A stretch of 64,000 nucleotides of DNA from NCBI GenBank assembly GCA_965153455.1, contig OZ234493.1:33346213-33410212 (forward strand), in the 5' to 3' direction. Shown piece after piece: positions 38,811-50,108 of this stretch. The translations under genes were made by a program, and so were the position numbers. Below the pieces are notes generated by a model. The model was given only the letters and a program-made list of their open reading frames with translations, was not told the DNA's origin and did no database searches. Each line of letters starts with the position of its first letter. Within the stretch, counting starts at the first letter, position 1. Origin of the DNA: Sphagnum compactum. Its lineage: Eukaryota.

Positions 38811-40159
38811 ACAATTATCTCTTCCCCAATCCCACACTTTTGGAAAAAAATTTCAATTGTTTCATTTACTTCAACTTCCAAGTGCTAATGACAATGGCTT
38901 CATTCCAAATTTGCCCAAATGAACCCTACTTCCTTTTTTCTTTGTGGTTTACTCCAAATGTTTGCCCATCCGATCTTAAAATTCTACGAAAGTATTTTGG
39001 CCCATTTTTGGCCACCACATTTGGTTTTGGCTTGGTAGCCCTCAACATCCTCCTACCTTGCAAGTTTGCTAATTTTGTAATAACAACTAACTCCAATGCT
39101 CATTTCCATCTCCATAAGAGCCTATAGTGAACTTTTGCTTATTGTTTGTATTGTATTACATGTTTTCTACTTTTGCAATGACATTAGACTCCAATGCCTA
39201 CCTCCATTCTGGCAAGAGGCTACAATGAACTTTTATTTATTGTTTGTATTGTATTGCAAGGCTTTTGCTTTTGCAACAACAATTGACTTTAATGCCAATC
39301 TCCATCTCCATAGAATTATAGCAAACTATAGGACCAATGCCTTCTTCAAGCTTCTTCAACAACAATCATTTGCTTTTCTTTTCTTTTCATGTTTTGTATG
39401 TTGTTTGTGTTTTATTGCAAGTTCATTACTTATACATCATTATTAGATTCCACCTCCACAAAATACTACAACACCAATGTCTATTTCAGTATTTTTCAAG
39501 CTTCAATTGTCACCTCGTTTGGAACAATTCTTAAGCTATAATCTTTAAGGGTTTTTTTGCTTCCATCATCATTGTTATTGGTGTTTCGGTTAATGTGAAC
39601 TTTACTATTACCTCTTTGAAACCCCATTTGTGAACAAAATCACTCACATTTCCTTGTTTTTTTTGTTTGATTTTTTACAATCCCATATATGAAATACACA
39701 ACAAAGTTGTTTTTATAATGGGTTGTGTGGTTTTATTTAAGGTTGTATATCACTTTTAAAACTTTTCTATTCATCTCTTTTTCTTGGATTTTAATTTTTG
39801 CATGTTGAGTCCCACTATTGTTCAAGAAAATATGTAGTTTCTTCTTATGATAGTTGTTATGCATGATATTCAAGTTTCAAATGTGTTGCATGTTATGTCA
39901 CAAGATTTAGGTGACTTAATGTGAATATTGTAGTTTGCCCCCACATACAATGTGCATCTTTAAATTGTCATGTAAGTATTACATTTAGTGCTCCCACATA
40001 TAGTGTGGATTAAGGTTTTAATGTGAGTATTGCATTTTGCGCCCACATGGGATTGCTAAGTCCACCATTGGTGTTTTTACCTTCATTCAAAGAGTGAATA
40101 TTTTGGGATATGCACAACATGGTGCAACAACAATAATGGATTGAAAGTCAATTCACGTA

Positions 40160-41774
40160 CTAACTTGGAAATAATAGGTTCAAAAATATTGAGTCCATGA
40201 ATCACCAGATAAATGTTGGGTGAAGCTTTCAATGATCTTGTTTCTCCCACGAGTCATGAAGGCTTCAATGCTTTCACTTGGTTCAATGGGCATGTACATG
40301 ACAGTGTGAAGGTCATCCAATATTGCACATCGCACTTCATTGTCTTTGATTTTTTCCATCAAACGTAAGCGCCAAGCCTTTGACGTGCCATGCGCAAAAG
40401 TAAATGGGCACTTGATCGTCGCCCCACACCATCCCAACCATGCATAAAATACCAATTTATTATCATTTCAACTAATAACATTATTTACAATGAAGAATGT
40501 GGGATGAAAATTTGAAATGGTTCCATGTACATAAAAGTTCAAAAAAAGGTAGAATGAAAATAAAATTCACCGCAATGCTCATAATTCTTGTGGAGCATCA
40601 TCAATGATGAAACATGAAGGTTTCCATTTAGGGTTCTTCCTTAGAAGCTTTGTTTTCAAAGGAGTTAGCCATTCCACCAAATCATCGCATGTTTGGCAAC
40701 TTGTAATGATCCATGCAACCGGCACTCCAGTGCGATGTGCATCAAACACCATCAATGTGAACAACTAAAATTTCACATCATTGGTGCCAAAGGTGGCATC
40801 CATTGAGATTGCCCCATTATCACCTAATGAAACCATGGCTTGCAATTGAGATGGGGTTTGTATCCCTATCGTGAATGGGACATGAATCCCATTATCCTCA
40901 CTTGCATCTTGAAAATAAAACACATCATCTAGATGACTAAAAGCCCATGTGCAAAGGGAAATGGCCGGATTTTTGTGTAAATGCCAACTTTTTTTTGTGT
41001 GTTTGCAATCCAAAGAAGCAATGTCTTGTTGTCTAATGAAAACATCGCTTGTCATCGCTTCTCCTGCATTGATTCTAGCCCACCATATTGCCTTGCTTAT
41101 CATATATTTGCTTGACGGTGTAGCCTAAACCCAATTGGGTCCAAATGTGGTCCTTGAGGGCTTGTGACATTCGTGGGGCAAAAAAAAAAAGGTCGCGCAA
41201 GGGAATCAAGGTCATGTTTGCCATGTGCAGGCTCACCATTGGTTGTGTATGAAGTTGATGGTAGAAGATTATCTCTGCCACCTCGGGTCGTGTGTACGAT
41301 CGCTTGATTGCAAATTGAACTCAACAACCCCGTTTAATGGATCGATGGTGATTTGGGTCTCCATGATTATCTTCCAGCCCATACCCACATGCATACCTAT
41401 AAAATGTGAAATCAATTTAGGACCTAAAGTTTGGTACAATATGAGGTTAAAAAACAAGTTCCATATAACAAAAGTGAATAATAGAACATCATACCAAATA
41501 TGGCCGAAGTGGTTTTGGATTCTTGGCATTTTTACATTTTCTTGTGAAGGTACCTGCTTATAAATGTTCCATTCCACCAGGGAGTCTTCATGGCTTTGTT
41601 CACCATTTAGAAATTCTGAGATTTGTGCATGTGGGATGTATGCACACTCAACCTCGATTATATGTGCAACCCTCCATGTCAAACATTTTTTTTCCACACC
41701 AAGTCCATGTTGTTAAAGGGTGACTTCTTTGGGTTTTGAATCTCTATATATTGAAATTTTGAAGCACGACCCAT
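40160..41774 (-). pseudogene. Decayed intron-containing MULE (Mutator) transposase, 3'-truncated
   Basis: EIQNPKKSPFNNMDLVW, FTIGIQTPSQLQAM, ISMDATFGTN, LFTLMVFD, VPVAWIIT, FIIDDAPQE and IYFCAWHV, with in-frame stops and frameshifts. GT-AG intron at ~41490-41398. Confidence 0.85.
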
Positions 41775-42094
41775 GTTTGAAACTATGCCTTGAGTTGATT
41801 GTACAAGAATAAATAATAAATTAATATTGATGTCCAAAACTTTATATTTGCAATATGTTGAATTACATGTTAATTATCATATTCAATACTAATGCAAATG
41901 TACATGTTTTAAGTACTTAATTTGTATCCCTCATCTAAACCCTATGCAATCATGCACATAATACCCTAAATGTTAAGTATGGAGAACATATGATATGGTT
42001 TATGGCCATAATTGTAAAATTAATCCATATTATCTATGGATAATCTAAATGTAATACCCACATGATAGTTAACAAATTGTATTATTTATGGAAA

Positions 42095-42865
42095 AAATAA
42101 ATGTAATACTTACATGACAATTTTAGGATGCACACCGTATATGGGGGAAAATTGCAATACCCACATTATGACCCTAATCCACATTATATGTGGGAGCCTT
42201 AAATGCAATACCTGCATGACAATTTAAAAATGCACACTGTATATGGAGGAAAATTGCAATACCCACATTATGACCCTAATCCACATTATATGTGGGAGCC
42301 TTAAATGCAATACCTACATGACAATTTAAATATGCACACTGTATATGAGGGAAAAATTTAATACCCACATTATGACCCTAATCCACACTATATGTGGGAG
42401 CCTTAAATGTAATATTTGCATAACAATTTAAAGATGCACATTGTATATGGGGGAAAAATTGCAATACCCACATTATGACCCTAATCCACACTATATGTGG
42501 GAGCCTTAAATGTAATACTTGCATGATAATTTAAAGATGCACATTGTATATGGGGGAAAAATTGCAATACCCACATTATGACCCTAATCCACACTATATG
42601 TGGGAGCCTTAAATGTAATACTTGCATGACAATTTAAAGATGCACAATGTATATGGGGGAAAAATGCAATACTTACATGATAATCTAAAGATGCACATTG
42701 TATGTGGGGGCAAAGTGCAATACCCACATTATGACCATAATCCACACTATATATGGGAGAAGGAAATGCAATACCTGTATAACAATTTAAAGATGCACAC
42801 TATATGTGGGTGGCAAAATGTAATATTGGCATTATGACCCTAAATCCGCACTATCTATGGGAGGC
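42095..42865. repeat. 102-103 bp tandem satellite (~7 copies) made of two diverged ~51-bp monomers
   Basis: GACCCTAATCCAC recurs at ~42170, 42272, 42375, 42477, 42580, 42733 and 42836. Confidence 0.92.
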
Positions 42866-43914
42866 CAAAATGTTAAATCCATATATCAAACATGGAACAT
42901 TCTTAGTGGAATTTGATGACCGTATTAAAACCATCCAGGGAAATTGATTTCCTTAAATTAGAAAAAAGAAGAAGAAAATGATTAAGAAAAATATCACAAT
43001 GTTGATGTTAAAGGATGATATCACATTCAAAGGAGTTGTATCTTGATTTGGAAACACAACCTAAATAAATCAACACACATTTCATTAAACCTTAAACTTA
43101 AACATTAAATAATCCTAATGATAAATGCTCTCAACCTAATGATTATATAAACAAAACTACAAATGGAATACCAAAAAACATTTATGACAATTATGTTTTG
43201 AATTTTAAAGTTAATCAATTAAAAATTATAATGAATGGAAACATTAATCTTAGAGTTTAAAACTAATTACCCCAATTATTTATATATAAACCTAAATAAT
43301 TTTAATCGTCAATGTCATAAAAATATAAACATATACAAATGCCACACAAAATTATCTTTTAGGAACGAGTGATGAATTAAAATTGAAACACAATGAAAAG
43401 AAAAAATTACATGAATGAAATAAGAGTTTATTCTCTTACCTTTAGTGTGGTCATTTCAACTTGAAATTTTTTTCATTCACCTTCAAGAGAAATAAAATGC
43501 ATCTTGTTGCAAGTATTTGTATGTGAAAATTTGGCCAAATTTCCCCCCTTAAATCCAACCTAGGATTGATTTTGATTAGTATTAAAAATTCTGCAAATAT
43601 TCATAAATGTTTGATGTCTTTTTAACTCTAAATTTATCAAGCCTATTCCTTAATTAAATTAAGTACATCTTGCATTAAATGGTCCAAAGTGGAGGTAGAG
43701 GATTACTGCCAAAAAAAATCTTGCAATTGTAATACCCACATTTTACATTATAATTTTTGCAATTGGAATCCATAATTTGCAAGTGCTTAGGTAGATATGA
43801 CGACGTGTGGGTAGGTAGGTTTTGCCAATAAGTAGATGTTTTGCAAATAATTAAAATGACATTATTGGAAAAATGTATCTACTTTTTTGGTTAATTTATG
43901 GAATAAGAATTAGG

Positions 43915-44695
43915 TAAAAGTTTAACCAATAAAATATATAGAGTTTGCCAAGAAATAGAAGTTAAGCTAAAAAGAAATATAGGTTTAGCCAAAATATACA
44001 AATTTAACCAAGAAGAAATATAGGTTTAACTAAAAGAAATAAATTTAACTAAGAAGATACATAGATTTTGCCAAGGGATATAAGTGTAGCTAAGAAATAT
44101 AAGTTTAACAAAAAAGAATATAGGTTTAGCCAAAAGATATAGGTTTTGCCAAGAGAGAAAAATTTAGCCAATAAGATATATAAGTTTAGCCAAGAAAAAG
44201 TAATTTAGCCAAGAAATATAAGTTTAGCCAAGAGATAGAATTTTAGCCAATAAGAAATATAGGTTTAAGCTAAAAAAAAAAGTTAGCTAGTAAGATATAT
44301 AGGGTTAGCCAAGAGATAGAAGTTTAGTTAAGAAATATAAGTTTAGCCAAGAAGAAATATAGGTTTAGCCAAGAGATAGAAGTTTAGTCAAGAAATATAA
44401 GTTTAGCCAAGAGATAGAAGTTTAGTCAAGAAATATAAGTTTAGCCAAGAAGAAATATAGGTTTAGCCAAGAGATAGAAGTTTAGTCAAGAAATATAAGT
44501 TTAGCCAAGAAAAAATATAGGTTTAGCCAAGAGATAGAAGTTTAGTCAAAAACAAAAAAAGTTTAATGAAAAAATAAAAGTTAGTTAATAAAACATATAG
44601 GTTTAGCCAAGAGAAAGAAATTTAGCCAATAAAATATATAAATTTTGTCAAGAGATAAAAGTTTAGCCAAGAAGAAATAACAGTTTTGCCAAGGT
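43915..44695. repeat. ~19-21 bp minisatellite array (A[A/G]GTTTAGCCAAGA...)
   Basis: Dozens of GTTTAGCCAAG / GTTTAGTCAAG units; most homogeneous at 44300-44550. Confidence 0.9.
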
Positions 44696-47381
44696 AAGTA
44701 AAGGATTAATTGTTAGTTAATAGGCAGGGCTAAGATTTAGGTCAGTATAATAGCAAAGGTGGGTGAGTAGTATGGAAGTCAGGGTTGGGAAAAAATTGGC
44801 AATGAAAAAAAAAATGGTCAAAGAGGTCAGCAGCCAAAAAAGATTGACTGTGGTAGAATGTTGGTTAAACGTAAGGTAAAGAGGTGAATGAAAAAGAGGC
44901 GAATCATCCAGCCTATCCTATGGACAGAATGGCCAACTGGTGCAGTCATGGGGGACTGGTTCACTCTGGCCGGTGCTTGGGTCACTGTGTGACAACAAGT
45001 ACCTAGTACGTACCCTCTGTCTGGTGCCTTCCCTAACACCAAACTACCACTGTCAAGACTCTCAGACCACCAAAGAAACACATGTACCACACGACCATAA
45101 GCTTGTGATGGCCTATTATGCTGAAACCAGTACGCGTAACTAGTGGAAACCATGGTTTCCATCCACTAGTGCTGTTTCCAGGTTTTGCGAGTTTAGGCAT
45201 GTTCAAGTCCAAGTTATAGGTAGGTTTTAGGGTCTCTAGACCTGAGGTGTCAATAGCTAGGTAGGTAACTAGCCTCGAATAGGTGTGCTCCCCCCTTTTA
45301 AACAGGTTCAAGTTCTTTAAGTGCATAAATATAATTTCATAAATTAAAATGAGTTTAGCCTTACATTTTAGGCACGCTATTATTGCATTTGATTAATTGT
45401 ACATAACCAAAACTACACAATATTGTGTGTACTAGTTGAACAAACTTATATTACATGATTTTATGTTGTTTTAATTGTGTGTAATGAAACTGAAATTGGA
45501 CCTAGTCTTAAATCGGTTTGACTCTAAATTCTTTGTGAAAACAATTGAAACCAAAGGTTTTAGAAATTCCAAAAATGAGTCTCAAGACTAGACTTGAGGT
45601 TCGATTTTTAAAAAAAAAACATCTACATATCTTTTTTGTTCCAAACCATCATTCTACAAAGCCCACATAAAATGATTCATGAAGAAGAGAAAAACCACTC
45701 AACTTCCCCATCACCCTAGAGGCTCACCCTTCCTCCTTACAAAAAGTGGCATCAACCCTTTAAATCTTACCCAAGGTCTTATTTCAGTTGTAACTATGTT
45801 CCCACTATTCCTCCTTCTAGAACCTCAACTAAATAAATAATTTCACCTCCTAATTAAGGGGAAATAATAAAATTTCCTTTCTATCACTAATTCTAACATT
45901 ATTAAAAGACTCTTTAAAATAACTAAATTAGGATCTATCCTCTAGCATCACATTTTGAGAATGTTCCCCACTCACATGAAGTCTACCCATTATAAAAGGC
46001 AAGGTGAAAATTATCATGAGTTTTTAACATAAGGAATATCATGAGATGTGGGAGAGGGAGGGTTTGTTGGAGTTCTCATAATTGTTGGTCTAATATATAG
46101 AGTCATCAATTGATGTTAACATTCGTATCAACAATGGTATCAAATACTAGACCAATTAGTATATCTAATGTCCAAATATTTGGCTTGATACCAAAACAAC
46201 TTGATATTAAGGTTAGAAAATAATAAAGAATATTAAAGCCTAATGTTAGGGTTTTGATACCAATTCCAATACTCATATCAAGGAGTTCACCTTTTGGCTC
46301 TTCTAGTATCCTTGCAATTTGTTGTGGGTCGTGAGCTATGGCAAGAGCTTCTAGGTTTTGTGTTGACCAACAACCCTTCATCCTCTTCAATGTGGTGCCA
46401 TTGCTTATCTTGATTTTCCTCGTGTATCAAAGCTTTAAGATTTTTTATTTTGCTCTTCGGAGTTTGACGTTTCTTTATAGAAGGAAAGGAATTGAGAAAA
46501 CCCTCCCTTTGGTTCCTTTTGCTCCTTTCTTTTTAAAAGAGGAAAATAAGTTGTGAAATAATTATTATTTTTGAGCATATTTTCAAGTCTATCCAAGTCC
46601 CAACCACATTTCTTCCCCACGGCCATGCACACAAACAATATATCTTAGCTCGACTCTAACGGCAAGCACTTGGGACAAAAAAGTATTTGGCATGTGCAAT
46701 CAAACCCTAAAGCTCGGGCCACAATCACATGGGTCCTCCAAGTCATATACACAAATTTCATTTCAGATTGGATTTGATCGAAGGATGCCGTACCTTGGGG
46801 GCAATGGGGTTGATACGAATGAGATTGAGATTTATGGATCTCATTCGTATCATAAATTTCGCCCATTTGGCCACATCATTTCCTTGCTATGTATGCATTT
46901 CATCCATTTGTTGAGTTCCATTTCATCACATGGATTGATTTCATACATGTCATCAAATTCCATACAGATGAAATATATCGATCTGAGATTAACTTCATCC
47001 ATTTGGAGAGTTGATATGTCATATAAATTGTATCCAGTTTGTCGTTTCATCTATGTGGTGAGGTCCATTCATTCTTTTCAATTTGAGTTTTATCATGTAA
47101 CAATTGCACTCACAATGGCTCATTTCATCAATGTAATATAATATTTGTCCATATTATGATCAAGTTTTGTACCATGTTGTCAATTTCATCGTTATTGGAA
47201 ATATTGTTAATGTCATTCATTTATCATTTCATCCATGTGACAAACCAGGATGATTCAGCATGCAGAATCGGCTCTTGCCTTTGGGTGACTGATTCTGTGC
47301 AGCAATCCATCCCAGAATATGGTGCACATTTTAGACCACCTTGCATTTCAACAGGTATCTCTCGTGATTTATAGATGATTA

Positions 47382-47718
47382 CGGTAGGACCTTTACCATT
47401 TCAGCCAACAAACTGTTGAATAATTATTTAAATTTAAAAATCTTAACTTTGGCACCTGGTTTTTTAATTCTGAAATTTTCGAGTGGTAATGATTATAGAA
47501 AATAATAAACAGAATTATGTCAATGTTATGGAGTAGTCTAGTGTGTCTAAATTGCTTCAATTTTAAGTCACTATCATGGAAGGTTTGTCATTCAAATCTC
47601 GATAGTTGAGCTTTTGAATTTATTAAAAAAAATTCAGCACAAATAATGAATAATTTTTCAAAAGTTCAGCAAAAATGAAAAAAATCTAATTTATGACAAA
47701 ATGGTAAAGGTCCTACAA
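47382..47718. mobile_element. Tc1/mariner (Stowaway-like) MITE
   Basis: Perfect 18-bp inverted repeat GTAGGACCTTTACCATTT (47384-47401) / AAATGGTAAAGGTCCTAC (47699-47716), with TA at equal distance outside each end. Confidence 0.7.
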
Positions 47719-49154
47719 TATTTGAAGACAATGGTATGAATATGACAATTGAGAGGGTAAAGGGAAAATTAAAACCATGTGGATGAAGTAACTCCACATG
47801 ATCACATGGTGATTTGGTGAATACGAAGAAATTTCGATATGCTATTTTTTGCAAACAAGAGAACCAGAAATTATTCATTGCGGGTTTTGTGTGTAAGGTC
47901 AATTGGAGAGTGCAACTTGTTTTCCTAAAGGCCTACATATGCCCCAGAATCAAGGTTACTTTCCAATGCTTTTTTTAATTTTTATTTTGCATCTTAGTCA
48001 ACTCTAGTGTTTTGATCTATTAGCATACCCTCTGGGCAACTTCAAAATGTGATTCCCTTTTGTTAAGATCACATGTAAAAGTACTTCAACAAGTTGATGT
48101 TTATGAGTTTGCAATTAAATGAGGTGATTCGAGATACAAACATTTTGATTAGATTCTCATAATTAGCTCACATTTTTGAGGATTGAAATTGTGATTTTGT
48201 TCAAATCTACATCAAAGTTTGCACATGTAGTAAAAAATTGCCCTTTTGAAGGTTCACTATTGGTGGAAGGATGGGTTTTCTTATTACTTGCATTGGAAAG
48301 TGAAGTCACATTTCCCACTTATTTTGAAGTTTTGCACACCTCCTTCTTTGATTTTAAAAAACTCTAAATATTTTTACATCTCGAGGTTTCATGAAACCTC
48401 AATTGCTTGGGCTCTTCTTTTATCTTCCTTCCATTTTTTTCCCTTCCCTTTCCTTCCATCAAATTATTATGTAAAGTTGATGATATTTTGATAGATGACT
48501 TTGGACATTAAGAAGAACGATTTGAAACTTTGAAATAGATAACAAACTTCAAAGTTGTTATTATGAACTTCTGGAATTCTATTAAGCACAACAATAAGGA
48601 AGCAGTGGAAAGGGAGAGGAATGACAAAAGTCATATGCTAATAGCTAGGTTCCAAATCCTAGCTATTGAAGGCCGAGATTAGATATCATATTCAATCACC
48701 AACACATAACAAGTTAGAGGTGGGAATGGGAGGTTAGTTTGGACGGGTGGAGATGACAACATAGCTAGCCCCGTCAATACTTTAAATGAAAGAAGCTTGC
48801 ATCTTTTGAAGTATAATCAAGACTCGTTGCATAATGAAAACGACAAAAATTGAAAGGGGATCAACTTTCAATTCGTTCATATCCCATGCAAAAACTTGCA
48901 ATATATCATCAAATTCATTTGCGCAAGCAACTAACAATATATCTCCAAGGAGGAATCATTTCCTAGGTTTTGATCACAACAGAAACTTATTTCCTTTATC
49001 TACTCCACCTTTGACGCCATGGGACTCATCATGGAAGGGACCTATTGGTTAGGATAAGCAATGTTGACATACATGTATAGATTGATCATGGCAAAAGATC
49101 TATTGGTTGGGATGAATAATAATGGCATGCAAGGAAAAGGAAAGGACAGCAAGG

Positions 49155-49565
49155 GATTGATGTCCCATTTGTACTACCAAGAGTCAAGTTGAAATCAAAG
49201 CCAAACAATACCTACCCCCTACCTAACAATCTAGCAGTGAGAATGGGAGATTGGTCTGCAAATGGTGGAAGTCCACAGATGGCAATGTCCCATTTGTATT
49301 GTCAAGAGTTGAGCTGAAATCAACTCTGAACTACCAACACGCCACTGAAATCAAAGCTGAACACCAAGCACCCTCTTACTTGTTAACAAGTTAGTAGTGA
49401 GATTGGGAGAGGGTCTGCAAAGCATGGAAGTTCAGGGATGCTAATATCGAATTTGTACTGTCAAGAGTCTTAAGAGCTGAAATCAAATCTCAACAACTAA
49501 GACCTCATAGCAAGTTAGTAGGGAGAATGGGAGGTGGGTCTGCAAGGGGTGGAAGTCCAGAGGTA
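49155..49565. repeat. Three imperfect ~125-160 bp tandem copies
   Basis: ATTTGTA..CAAGAGT..TGAAATCAA...GAGA(A/T)TGGGAG..GGTCTGCAA...TGGAAGT repeated three times. Confidence 0.75.
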
Positions 49566-50108
49566 GCCAGGCCCACAGCTGTCAATCCACCAACAAACAT
49601 CACCTGGATCCCTTTTTTTTAGGGTGCTTTCAATCAGGGCTTTGGTCTTGGTCTAATATAAAATCTTAATAGACCTATCAAACCAAGTCTCCAAAGCTAA
49701 GGGCTAACACTGAAATTGAAGCTCATTCTTGCAATGATGCACAATAACACAGATACCACAAATATCAACTCAGATAATACTGTACATGCTTGGGATACTA
49801 GTGTGGATCTAGATGTACAACAGCACCTGTGGCAGGGTGATGACCAGTAGTGGATCCTCAGTCTTAGAAAAAGTGCAGTATTTCTCCACAGGTTTAAGGG
49901 CTCAGTCTATTGTTATGTCACAAATTGCAGAGAAATGAGCTCACATCTTGTGCAACCAAAGCATGCACACAAGATTCATTCATGTGTAGCCAAAAAGAGA
50001 AAGAGGCAAGCCGACAAACCAGTTTAAGTGGCAAAAGTGCAAATGGGCTTAGTTATGACAACACATATAGATTACAAGAAGATGCGAGAAAAGGTGAGAT
50101 GCCATCCA

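Noticed and set aside
42095-42865. CRISPR-like array
   Set aside because: The units are fully repeated with no unique spacers, there are no cas genes, and the context is eukaryotic.
37119-45172. GCACTAGT(A/G)GATGGA inverted match as TIRs of a large MULE
   Set aside because: Only ~15 bp match, the flanks do not extend convincingly, and no TSD was found.
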